This document shows, one piece after another, positions 8,818-18,156 of a DNA stretch of 64,000 bases (the first letter of the stretch is position 1; the number at the start of each line of letters is the position of its first letter). The DNA comes from Candidatus Latescibacterota bacterium (GTDB taxonomy: Bacteria > Latescibacterota > UBA2968 > GCA-2709665), in NCBI GenBank assembly GCA_965205485.1, contig OZ242180.1, forward strand, positions 1,440,001-1,504,000, in the 5' to 3' direction. Position numbers and translations under genes: made by a program. The notes below the pieces were generated by a model, which searched no databases, had not been told where the DNA came from, and saw only the letters and a program-made list of their open reading frames with translations.

Positions 8818-11334
8818 CTATCGAATAGCAAACGACACCGCCGAGGATGTCTGGCTACCTGCAAGCTCATCAAAAACCTTGACGATCAACAACTGATGCC
8901 CCGGATCGGTTTTCGACATATCCAGTTCCAGGTATCCGTACTCATCGGCTCTGTCTCCCTCGTGCGCGTACTCCACGGTCACGACCTCAGCCTTTCTGTC
9001 GATGCCGACCAACCTGCCAAGCGCCTTCAACACCCTGACCGCCAGATTACCCTTATTCAGCGAATGCAGTACGTACGATACCCTGTATTTTGTCGCACCG
9101 AATTCATCTCTTTTCAGATTGTACACCTCGTAATAGACAAACACCGGCTGCCCCGCGAAATAGAACAGGCTCGGATTGGGTACCACCTCGATCTTACCTT
9201 TCGTGAATCTGCTGCCGCGGCTGGGACGGATCAATGACGCCATTTCGATGTCGCTCAGCCTCAGCGAGTCGTCACCAAATGAATGTAAAACCACGTCGCG
9301 GTTGTAAACCTGGGACTTGTCCATTGACGCGTCCAGAATCTGCACGGATAGCCGATAGGTACCGGGCGCCGCGGTAATACGGTCCATCTCCGGCACAAAT
9401 GCGATCTGGGTGGTATCGATCGGTCCCGACGCGTACAGCTCCATATCCTCGCTCGACCGATACACCGGCTCGTTATCCTCGTCGTACAGCGCCAGGCCCC
9501 GTTTCACGTATGCCGTCAGCCTTCCGTCGGGTCCTTCTTTGTAGTCAAGGTCACGCGTGGGAATACCATAGTACACCTCCAGTTTCACCGAACGGTCATC
9601 TGCCTTGAATCGAGCCGAGTCATAGAAGAAATCGAGGGGGGCAGTCGCGAAATCCTGCTCGTAAATCTCAGGCGTCTTGAGCGCCACGCGATGCATCACC
9701 AGACCGGGGTTCATGCGCTGCCATATCAAATTTGACTTGATCGAAGTATCGATCGAAGGATGAAGGATTTCATCCGTTGGCTCGTCAGTCGACATCGAAG
9801 TATCGATCGAAGTATCGATCCAAGGATCAGGGATTTCATCCATTAGCCCGTCAGTCAACAAGGTGGTGCCGGGGTTTCGCCCTGTGATCTCGTCCACCCA
9901 GATAGCGGAGCCCGCATGCGGCACCTCTGCGTACTTGTAGGGGCCCGGGCCTGGCCCGTGTTCCTGTACAAAAGTCACTTCCACGCCACCATCGACTTTC
10001 GAGTAAATCCAGTATTCCCAGGCGCCTCGAACGGGGTATACCGGGTAACCAAGAATCGTAGATAGCGTCTCCTGGTCGTCCATACCCATCTCTACTGATC
10101 CACTCATCGACCTATAGAAGCTGACCATGCGCCGGCTCAGAAGGAGGTGAGGCAAGGCTTCGCCAGCCTGGCTCATCAGCCGGTCCTTAACTGCAAGAAC
10201 CTTTGGGTCCGTCTCAAATCGGATGTTCTCCGACGCACTGATGTGATCGGGCCTTCCATAACGTACATATACCTCCCCACGTACGTCCCATGGGAATTCG
10301 TACTCGCTAAAGCGCTCCCGTGCATATGCCACCCGGCGGCAGTGCTCTATCCACCGTTCGTTGGCCGCCGTCACCGGCGCAGGATCCCGAGTCGCCCAGA
10401 AATTTTCAGACTGCGCCTTACGCTCTTCATCCGGCGTCGCCTGGAAGCGGGACAGTTCATCCCTGATAACCACCAGGCTTAGATCATAGTATAATGCTTG
10501 CTCGCCGGGTGGCAGATCCTCCAGGTAAGCATCCAGTATCGCATCAAACAGATCGTGGTCCCGCGTACCCTGATACATCTCCGCCAGTTCCAGAAACGCA
10601 CGCCGCTGATAGGCATTGGGCGTATCCACGACTGCCTTGAACATCGCAAATGCTTCATCCGTGCGTCCTGCTTCTTTCAACACCTGACCAAGTTGTAATT
10701 TCGCCCCTGAATGGTGTCGATCAATTCGCAGTTGTCTCCGAAATGCTATCTCGGCTTCGTGGGAATTTTGAGCCCGACCCACGCCTCTATTCTTGTAAAT
10801 TCTCCCAATCTGGAACCATGCATCCGAATGATCCGGGACCATCTTGACCAGTTTCTTATACGTATCCAGTGCCTTTGTATTGCCAATCTCATGATACGTT
10901 TGGGCCAGGTTATAGTACGCTTCCACATACCCTCGGTCCGCCTGGTACGCACTTCGAAAATACTTGATTGCCCAATCCAGCATTTTCTCTGTATTGCGAA
11001 ACACGAGACCCAGTCCGTTCAGGGCTGGAGCGTAGTTCTTCCGCTTTCGGAGAGCCTCTCGGAAAGCTTCTTCAGCGGGCCCCAGTTCATCTCTCTTCAA
11101 ATAGACATGACCCAGCCCGACGTAAGAAGGCGCATGTTTCGAGTTGATCTCCAGTGCCGCCTGAAAACACCTCTCGGCATTTTCATATTTCCCGGATTCG
11201 AGATAGGCCAGCCCGGATTTATACGTGCTATCGACCCGTGAGATGTCCTTTGCATTCGATCCTTCGGCTGGACTTTCGCTCAAACAAACGACAATCGTGA
11301 TCGATGCAATCAAATAGTGCTTGAACGAGTTCAT
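8818..11334 (-). CDS. Exported TPR + GWxTD-type domain protein, class C
   Basis: Likely start MNSFKHY at 11334 (RBS GGGGAGG); TPRs; NERWIEHCRRVAYA..F..PWDVRGEVYVRYGRPD; VFVYYEVYNL. Confidence 0.88.
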   Translation of the reverse strand: MNSFKHYLIASITIVVCLSESPAEGSNAKDISRVDSTYKSGLAYLESGKYENAERCFQAALEINSKHAPSYVGLGHVYLKRDELGPAEEAFREALRKRKNYAPALNGLGLVFRNTEKMLDWAIKYFRSAYQADRGYVEAYYNLAQTYHEIGNTKALDTYKKLVKMVPDHSDAWFQIGRIYKNRGVGRAQNSHEAEIAFRRQLRIDRHHSGAKLQLGQVLKEAGRTDEAFAMFKAVVDTPNAYQRRAFLELAEMYQGTRDHDLFDAILDAYLEDLPPGEQALYYDLSLVVIRDELSRFQATPDEERKAQSENFWATRDPAPVTAANERWIEHCRRVAYARERFSEYEFPWDVRGEVYVRYGRPDHISASENIRFETDPKVLAVKDRLMSQAGEALPHLLLSRRMVSFYRSMSGSVEMGMDDQETLSTILGYPVYPVRGAWEYWIYSKVDGGVEVTFVQEHGPGPGPYKYAEVPHAGSAIWVDEITGRNPGTTLLTDGLMDEIPDPWIDTSIDTSMSTDEPTDEILHPSIDTSIKSNLIWQRMNPGLVMHRVALKTPEIYEQDFATAPLDFFYDSARFKADDRSVKLEVYYGIPTRDLDYKEGPDGRLTAYVKRGLALYDEDNEPVYRSSEDMELYASGPIDTTQIAFVPEMDRITAAPGTYRLSVQILDASMDKSQVYNRDVVLHSFGDDSLRLSDIEMASLIRPSRGSRFTKGKIEVVPNPSLFYFAGQPVFVYYEVYNLKRDEFGATKYRVSYVLHSLNKGNLAVRVLKALGRLVGIDRKAEVVTVEYAHEGDRADEYGYLELDMSKTDPGHQLLIVKVFDELAGSQTSSAVSFAIR
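9740..9860. repeat. In-frame intragenic tandem duplication
   Basis: A ~54-bp unit occurs twice, one copy with an extra 12-bp duplication. It encodes DEIPDPWIDTSIDTSMSTDEPTDEILHPSIDTS. Confidence 0.8.
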
Positions 11335-11485
11335 ATGGAACCCTCCCCTTCGTACTCCACAAGATAGCCATCGGGTTGTCTGGACTCCTGCGCGACTCCA
11401 CACCTTTTTCGATGTCATTGGAAACAACGTGTGACCCATGCGCGATTGCGCCTAAACCGAGCACCAGATTCAGCCTCTCACGGTA

Positions 11486-11514
11486 CAAAGACACAGACCG
11501 GGCCGGGTGGGTTC
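11486..11514 (-). promoter_or_regulatory. ECF-sigma-like promoter motif GAACCC-N17-TCTTTG
   Basis: Minus strand GAACCC ACCCGGCCCGGTCTGTG TCTTTG upstream of 8818-11334; same motif at 14311, 32447 and 39440. Confidence 0.6.
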
Positions 11515-11814
11515 AATAAATACAGTGCGGAGTATCGGGTTTTCCTGCACCGACAGATCGCCACATCTGTGGGACACGGACATACTGCAGACTTGGTAAT
11601 CCAGTCTTGGATTCTTGTCGATGAATTGCGGTAACCGTAGTAGGCTCCAGATCCTGCCTTTTTCTCCTCTTTTTCATAAAGCCAAGACGCTTACACCCTC
11701 AGGAGCAAGCGTCTCTATGTCTGTTTTCTGCTATTATGCGCGTTTGCCAGCACCCATCTTGTTCGTTTCGATCCTGAGACGGGATTCCGCGGATGGCTTT
11801 GCGAAGAACGGCCT

Positions 11815-14244
11815 TCACTCAATCACACGGAACAACGTTTCACGCGCTGCGATTTGACCGGTATGCACGTCTTTCACCGTTACAGATAGGCGGTGCACTC
11901 CGGCAGGCACGTGGCTCAGGTCAATCTGCAGATACGTGAAGTCATCCTCCCGGTCCCCCTCGTACCGAGCCGTGATCGTCGTCTCCACTCCCGCTCTGCT
12001 TTTACCCATCTTCTTGATCCGGCTGGCAAGTTCATCTTCATCCGGAAACAAAAACCTCGCCCGGTACGTGACCTCATCCCTCTTCTGCGCGTCGAAATAG
12101 TCCGGGACCACTACTGGTGGCGTGACCGGCAAACCACCCTGAAGCTCTTCTTCTCCGCCGCTCGCCCGGACAGGTCGACGTATGCCCGTCTCTTGAGTCC
12201 TGATTTCACGCGTGACCTCCAATTGCCTGCCGCCCTCAGGCAACCGCTGCGCCAGGAACAGGTACGGATCGATCTTCTTCTGCTCCGGACGTCCCAACCG
12301 ATATGAAATCTCGTACTCCGAACGGCCGAATTCGTCCCGCTCCAGGTTATACACTTCCAGGTAGATGAACGCGGATTCGGACCGATGGTAGGTCCGAAGC
12401 GGATTTGCCAGGATGTCCAGGTCCGACCGCCCCTCCGGAAACGACGAACGGGTATCGATCCGCGCGGCCAACAACAAATCGCTCATCGACAGCGTAGAAT
12501 CCACAGCTGCAAAGCCACGCTCCTCGCGGAAGGTCCCGATTGACCCATTCTTCCTGTCCCGAACCTCACCGACCAGATTGTGGACGCCGGGGGAGACTCT
12601 GAACGCTATCTGAAATACCAGATGACTGGTCCGCAAGCTGTCCGCTATGGGACTACCGCTCAAGGCGATCTCCGGCCACCTCAGCTTGAGATCCGAGCGC
12701 TTCCGATACACCTCATCCCATTGGTCGTTAAACAGAAATACACCGTTCTCGAGAGCAACGCTTTTGTCCGAATCCGATACTGTAACATTGTATTTGGGCA
12801 GCGCATAGGCCAGTTCCACACGAAGACTGTCCCCGTCCCTGAAGCTCGCGACCTGGTGAGGCACGCTGTATTTCCGCGGTGCATAGGGATCGACATACCT
12901 CGTTCGATCAGGTAGACGAGATGGAGAGAAGCCGTGGAAGCCGTCCGATATCTGAAAATCGACCCGAAATCCCTCGTAATGCCACGTCTCTCTCTGTTTG
13001 GACACATTCCAACGTATTCTCCCCAGACGTTCGCCGAAGGTAAAGCTGTAATCTATCGGGAGCGAGTTCATATCCGGCCGCTGCATCCTTCGATCAAGGT
13101 AACGTCCCAGCTTTATGTATGCCCTGCCCATGTCCGTCTGCCAACCCTCAATGCCCTTCGAGGGCCGGCTGAACCGCAGATTCGCGTATGCTACCCTGCC
13201 GTAGTGTTCCATGCGGCGTTCGTTGAATTCAGTCAAAAACAGCGGGTCCTGACGACGCCAGAACCGGCCCCGCTCCGCGTTATCCTCCCAGCGTTGAGGC
13301 GCGCCTCCGCCTGCTTCCTGCCCAGGCGGAAGGTCGTCCAGCATTGCGCGGTTGCCGTCCGGCACAATGCTGTCTACGGATTCCATCATCGCCCGCTCAT
13401 CCGGCGCCATTCTTTGGAGCGCACGGGTATAGAACTCATGCGCCAGCGCTTCTTCGCCCAATTTCTGGTATCCGAGCCCGCAGAAGAGCAGCGCATCCTT
13501 GTCATCAGGGACGCGTTCCAACAGCAGGTTTGCCACCCGGATCAGTTCGACCGGCCGGTTCGTCTCCATGCAGGCAAGCCCGAGTTGAAAATAGGCATCC
13601 TTGAACTGGGGGTCTGCCTCGATACACGTTTTCAAGTACGAGACTGCTTCATTCAGTTCCTCGATACTGAAGCCTCTCAAAGAGTGCCTGTGACGCGAAC
13701 TCCCTTCTCGTCTATTGATTGGTGACACCCTGCTGATCATGTCCATGTCGTAGTATTTCATGAAATTCTTGATTCCATGGCGCCCGATCATGTAGGCTGC
13801 CTTCGCGTTTTTGGGATCGATCTCGAGCGCTTTCTTGTACTGCTTTACGGCATTGTCCCAGGATCCCTGCGTCCACAGGATATCCCCCTTCAATAGGCCA
13901 TAGGTGACGTTTTCTCTGTCCAGACGAATAGCCCGATTTACTGCCTTCATTGCTCTATCGCGATCCATTGGCGTGTCGAGGGACATATATAGCTTCGCGA
14001 TTTCGTAATGAGCCGGCGCATAGTCCCTGTCTGCCTTCAATACTCGCTGGAACGCGTTTATGCTCTCTTTAGCGGAGACCCCACCGGCCTGCTCCATCGC
14101 AGTCTCATAGAGCCTTTCGGCAAGCCGTTTATCCCCGGCGGCAACGGACGCTGTGAGAGCGAATCCAATGCAGAGTACAACCGACAACAGAGAACTCAAT
14201 GCTTCACGGCAACGCCGCAATTGTCGAACTATCAGAGATTGCAT
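11815..14244 (-). CDS. Exported TPR + GWxTD domain protein, short class B
   Basis: GWQTDMGRAYIKLG; close paralog of 6018-8453. Start MQSLIVRQ at 14244 chosen by alignment with that paralog. Confidence 0.9.
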   Translation of the reverse strand: MQSLIVRQLRRCREALSSLLSVVLCIGFALTASVAAGDKRLAERLYETAMEQAGGVSAKESINAFQRVLKADRDYAPAHYEIAKLYMSLDTPMDRDRAMKAVNRAIRLDRENVTYGLLKGDILWTQGSWDNAVKQYKKALEIDPKNAKAAYMIGRHGIKNFMKYYDMDMISRVSPINRREGSSRHRHSLRGFSIEELNEAVSYLKTCIEADPQFKDAYFQLGLACMETNRPVELIRVANLLLERVPDDKDALLFCGLGYQKLGEEALAHEFYTRALQRMAPDERAMMESVDSIVPDGNRAMLDDLPPGQEAGGGAPQRWEDNAERGRFWRRQDPLFLTEFNERRMEHYGRVAYANLRFSRPSKGIEGWQTDMGRAYIKLGRYLDRRMQRPDMNSLPIDYSFTFGERLGRIRWNVSKQRETWHYEGFRVDFQISDGFHGFSPSRLPDRTRYVDPYAPRKYSVPHQVASFRDGDSLRVELAYALPKYNVTVSDSDKSVALENGVFLFNDQWDEVYRKRSDLKLRWPEIALSGSPIADSLRTSHLVFQIAFRVSPGVHNLVGEVRDRKNGSIGTFREERGFAAVDSTLSMSDLLLAARIDTRSSFPEGRSDLDILANPLRTYHRSESAFIYLEVYNLERDEFGRSEYEISYRLGRPEQKKIDPYLFLAQRLPEGGRQLEVTREIRTQETGIRRPVRASGGEEELQGGLPVTPPVVVPDYFDAQKRDEVTYRARFLFPDEDELASRIKKMGKSRAGVETTITARYEGDREDDFTYLQIDLSHVPAGVHRLSVTVKDVHTGQIAARETLFRVIE

Positions 14245-14310
14245 TGCAAGACCTTTAATTCTCGCGTCGTGGACATTTGACCGAGGTTGATATCCGAAGG
14301 CCGTCTTTTC

Positions 14311-14340
14311 CAAAAGACACTGAACATGCGCAACGGGTTC
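14311..14340 (-). promoter_or_regulatory. ECF-sigma-like promoter motif GAACCC-N17-TCTTTTG
   Basis: Minus strand GAACCC GTTGCGCATGTTCAGTG TCTTTTG, ~70 bp upstream of the 14244 start. The spacer has diverged while the boxes are conserved. Confidence 0.6.
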
Positions 14341-14542
14341 AGAAAAACGCAAACTAAGAGAGCCGGGAGGGCGCACCTTCCAGACTCTAATCTCGCCACA
14401 GGGTCTCTAGTCTTCCCGAGGCTTTTCGCATACGCCACGTCGCCGGCTGATATTCAACCGCGTGTTCCACTTGGCCCCAGGTCGTTATGCTCAGCCGCAG
14501 CCAATCAGGAAAAAGTGAACTCGCGAGACCGTTTGACGGTCG

Positions 14543-14680
14543 AATCACTCCCCCCTTGAGGGGGAGTCGCAGAAGGCGAGCCGGTCTCTCAGCCTGCTGT
14601 CCCTGAGCCTGCCTGCATTGAGCTTGTCGAAATGTCGAAGGTTCGAAGGACCGGCGATGGCTGATGCGGTGGGGGGGATT
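14543..14680. repeat. Composite REP-like element (three nested units)
   Basis: Same shell as 8534-8718; core CTCAGCC..CCTGAGCC..CATTGAGCTTGTCGAAATG TCGAAGG TTCGAAGG. Confidence 0.8.
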
Positions 14681-14749
14681 CAACACATTTCGCAGGTTGG
14701 CAGCATGAATCGAAATGAACGCATCTTGCGGTGAAATCTTACTGTTACG

Positions 14750-15673
14750 CTAACCGTCAGGCACGTACCTCGCCACTGTCTTCGAGAACCCTTCATCCTC
14801 CAGCGACTCGCACGTCGGCAGCCCCGCCTCGGCGGCTGAAGACATGGTCAGACTGTCCGCGTTTCCCATGAGCACGCCGATTCCCGCCGCCGTGAGCATC
14901 GGAAGATCATTGTCCCCGTCTCCAATCGCAAGCGACTGAGTAAGGGAGACACCACACGCATCGCAGATTTCACGCAACGCAACCGCCTTGTTCACCTCCG
15001 GATGCATGATCTCGATCAGGTCATCACCCGTGCGGGCGAGATAGAATTGCCGTCCGAACGCCGCGCACATTTTCTCGAACACATCTTCCCGTCGATCCGG
15101 ACCGGGCAGCACAATCATCTTCGGCGGAGGAACCAGATCCTTTGCCCTGGACAACAGGTCCGGCTCCGCCATTATATTCAATCCGGTTATCTGCGTAAGG
15201 TTTCGGATCGATCCGGTCTCTTCGTCCGTAAGGTAGGCCTCGTTAAGGCCGGACTCTTCGGCCTCGCACCGGCAATGGATGAAGTTCAAGCTCCAATCGC
15301 CGATAAAGTCCAGCAGATTGGGAAAGCTATCCGCCGGCAATCGTTGTTCGTGCAACAAAGGACGTTTGTTATCCGCACCCTTTCCCAGCACCATCGCGCC
15401 ATTATAGCAGCCCGCGTACACCCCCGGTCTCAGATCAGGCGAAAACGGCGCCAAGCTCCATCCCACGTTTCGGCCGCTGATCGACGCCAACGCGATTCCG
15501 ACTCGCGCCAGCCGACGAAGCGCCGAGACCGACGCGTTTGAAATCCGGCCACGGCCTTCCAGCAGCGTGCCATCCAGATCGAACGCCACGAGCCGCACGT
15601 CACCCATACTGTAGACCGTTCCACAACAACACAGCGATACCCATTCAGAATTCGGTCGGTCGCCTTCACTCAT
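14750..15673 (-). CDS. Cof-type HAD-IIB family hydrolase
   Basis: Motif I LVAFDLDGTLL, SGR, NGA, K in VNKA, and GDGDNDLPML. The start overlaps the permease stop. Confidence 0.9.
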   Translation of the reverse strand: MSEGDRPNSEWVSLCCCGTVYSMGDVRLVAFDLDGTLLEGRGRISNASVSALRRLARVGIALASISGRNVGWSLAPFSPDLRPGVYAGCYNGAMVLGKGADNKRPLLHEQRLPADSFPNLLDFIGDWSLNFIHCRCEAEESGLNEAYLTDEETGSIRNLTQITGLNIMAEPDLLSRAKDLVPPPKMIVLPGPDRREDVFEKMCAAFGRQFYLARTGDDLIEIMHPEVNKAVALREICDACGVSLTQSLAIGDGDNDLPMLTAAGIGVLMGNADSLTMSSAAEAGLPTCESLEDEGFSKTVARYVPDG

Positions 15674-18071
15674 CTCTAAGCGTATTCGCCGGATTCAGCG
15701 TCGCGGCCCTGTACGTCTTGCAACTGACGGCGAACATGACGAAAGCAGAGGTCAACACGGCGCCCGCGACGATCGGTGCGATCAAGTCGATTCTATAGAC
15801 GTAACTCTGAAGCCACTCTTTCAAGGCAATGTAAGCGATCGGCCCGGCGACGATGGCGGCCAGGATGAGGATTTTCGTGAAGTCAATGGAAAGGCGCGCC
15901 ATCAGACGGGATACGGACGTGCCGAAGACCTTTCGGATTCCAATTTCCCTCGTCCTTCGGGCTACGGAGAAAGAGGTCAGACCAAAGGCTCCGAGGCACG
16001 CAAGGCCCAGGGCGAGAATTGCGGGGAGTCGAATGGCATTCAGCCACTTTTCATCCTTTTTGTATTGGTTCTTCAGATCATCTTCAATAAACCTGGCGCG
16101 AAAGGGCTGCGATGGCGCGATTTCTTGCCATTCCTTCTGCAGAATATCGAGTATGTCACGGTCTTTGCCGGAAGTCGATATAACAAAGGATAAGTCACAA
16201 AACTCAGGTTCCAGGAAAATGACAGCAGGCGCGACCTGCTCATGGAATGATTTGAAGTGAAAGTCTCTGACCACCCCGATTATCGGCACGTCTCCATTGC
16301 CGTTCCAGTCCACGTCTCTGCCTGCAGCGCTTTGCCATCCGAACTGATTCATGAGGGTCTGGTTTATGATGACGGCGTCTTGGTCGGTCGATAGCAACCT
16401 CGAAAAATCCCTGCCCTCCATCATCTCAAACTCAAGTGTTTGCAAAAACCCATAATCCACCGCGATCGTCTCCACGCCACGGACTGTCCTGCCCTCAGCT
16501 CTGGCAAATCCGCCGATTGATTTCCTGTTGCTGAGCGGATGTTGCCCCCGAGCAACCCCGGTAATGTTCGGATATGATGTTATTTTTCGCGCATAGACAT
16601 CCGCGAGGCCCGGCGAAATTTCCCGCAATCCCCCGGTGTAAACAGCAATAACGCCATCCGTGCGGAATCCGGGATTCGTGTTTACAAGAAGATTGAGTTG
16701 GGCCGCCATCACAACGGCGACCATCATCAGAATCATCGACATTGAAAACTGAATGATAAGCAGCAAACGCATGAGAAAACCGGGATTCACACTCTCGGGC
16801 CGAGCGTAGAGGACGTCGGCCGGCTGCAGGCGGGACAATACCAGGGCCGGATAGAGGCCTGCGGATATGCCTACGGCCAGCGTGACAAGAACGATACACA
16901 GCAACGTCGTTGCACTCAACTGTCCCATCATGCTGATTCTGGCCCCGACAAGGGAATTGAACTGCGGCAATATCGCGCTCACCAGTCCAAGGCCGACAAC
17001 CAGGGCAATCAGCGCCATGAGAACAGATTCCGCGAGGTACTGAGAGACAAACTGACGCCTGCCGGCGCCGAAGAGCCGGCGCACACCCGCTTCCTTTGCA
17101 CGCGTTAAAGCATGCCCAATGGCCATTGCCGAATAGTTGACGCACGTAATCGTAATCACAACGAGCGCAATTCCGAGAAAGACGTAGATGTACACAGGAT
17201 TGCTCGTTCGTTCGACTCCCTGGGTGTGCCTGTCGAAACGCACTTCCCGTAAAGGCTGCAGCGTCATCTTTACGTTGCCGGTTGCTTGCCGCCCCCACGC
17301 TCTCTGAACGACCCTGGGGAGCCTCTCTTCGACGATTTGAGGGTGCAGATGTTCGGGCAAGTATACGTACGTCGTGGCAACTTGAATCATCCACGACAAA
17401 TCAGGAATTTCACCAGGAACCTTGTCAGACGAATCTTTCCGCACCACTCGAACGCTCACGGATGCCCACGAATTCAGTAGCTTGTCTCCAGCGTGGGCGG
17501 GTACCAAACAATCAAATACAATACTGGAATTCTCCGGAAGTCTTGACAGGACCCCGGTAACCGTATAGGCATCTTTCTTGTTGATGGTCACGACCTTGCC
17601 CAGCGGGTCTTCGCCTGGAAACAGTCTTCTCGCCACCTTCTCGGTGATCACAATTGAACGCACATCGTGAAGCGCGGTTGACGCATCTCCCATTGCCATC
17701 GGAAATGAAAAGACGTCGAGAAACGAGGGATCCACGTAACTCACCCGGAATCTAGACGATTTCTCCCCGTATGCCACAGAACCGCCGGATTTGAAAACCC
17801 TCACAACCGTGGCATCCGGAATTTCATTGGCAACGGCGGGCCCGAGAGGCCAGGCCGTACGGCTCATGATTTGATCACCGGTTCTCTGTTGGATTCTGTA
17901 GATGCGATCTGCACTGACATGAAAGAGATCGTAGGTCAATTCATTGTATGCGAAGACAACGGCAAGCATGCTGAATGCCAGGGCAACTGACAAACCTCCG
18001 AGGTTGATCAACGAAGTCAGTTTATTCTTGAGTATGCTCCTGAAAGCAAGTGTCACGTAGTTGCCTAACAT
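15666..18071 (-). CDS. MacB/FtsX-like ABC transporter permease (two-module)
   Basis: LAFRSILKNK..SLINLGGL, LQPLREV, RAKEAGVRRLFGA, IIGVVRDFHF, RTREIGIRKVFG, NPANTLRDE. Confidence 0.9.
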   Translation of the reverse strand: MLGNYVTLAFRSILKNKLTSLINLGGLSVALAFSMLAVVFAYNELTYDLFHVSADRIYRIQQRTGDQIMSRTAWPLGPAVANEIPDATVVRVFKSGGSVAYGEKSSRFRVSYVDPSFLDVFSFPMAMGDASTALHDVRSIVITEKVARRLFPGEDPLGKVVTINKKDAYTVTGVLSRLPENSSIVFDCLVPAHAGDKLLNSWASVSVRVVRKDSSDKVPGEIPDLSWMIQVATTYVYLPEHLHPQIVEERLPRVVQRAWGRQATGNVKMTLQPLREVRFDRHTQGVERTSNPVYIYVFLGIALVVITITCVNYSAMAIGHALTRAKEAGVRRLFGAGRRQFVSQYLAESVLMALIALVVGLGLVSAILPQFNSLVGARISMMGQLSATTLLCIVLVTLAVGISAGLYPALVLSRLQPADVLYARPESVNPGFLMRLLLIIQFSMSMILMMVAVVMAAQLNLLVNTNPGFRTDGVIAVYTGGLREISPGLADVYARKITSYPNITGVARGQHPLSNRKSIGGFARAEGRTVRGVETIAVDYGFLQTLEFEMMEGRDFSRLLSTDQDAVIINQTLMNQFGWQSAAGRDVDWNGNGDVPIIGVVRDFHFKSFHEQVAPAVIFLEPEFCDLSFVISTSGKDRDILDILQKEWQEIAPSQPFRARFIEDDLKNQYKKDEKWLNAIRLPAILALGLACLGAFGLTSFSVARRTREIGIRKVFGTSVSRLMARLSIDFTKILILAAIVAGPIAYIALKEWLQSYVYRIDLIAPIVAGAVLTSAFVMFAVSCKTYRAATLNPANTLRDE

Positions 18072-18156
18072 CGTTTCTGGTCCCCTCCGATCGATCCCGC
18101 CGCGAAATCTTCTACGGGATTATCGGTGTTCATGCGTAACATTCGGTATTGTCCCC

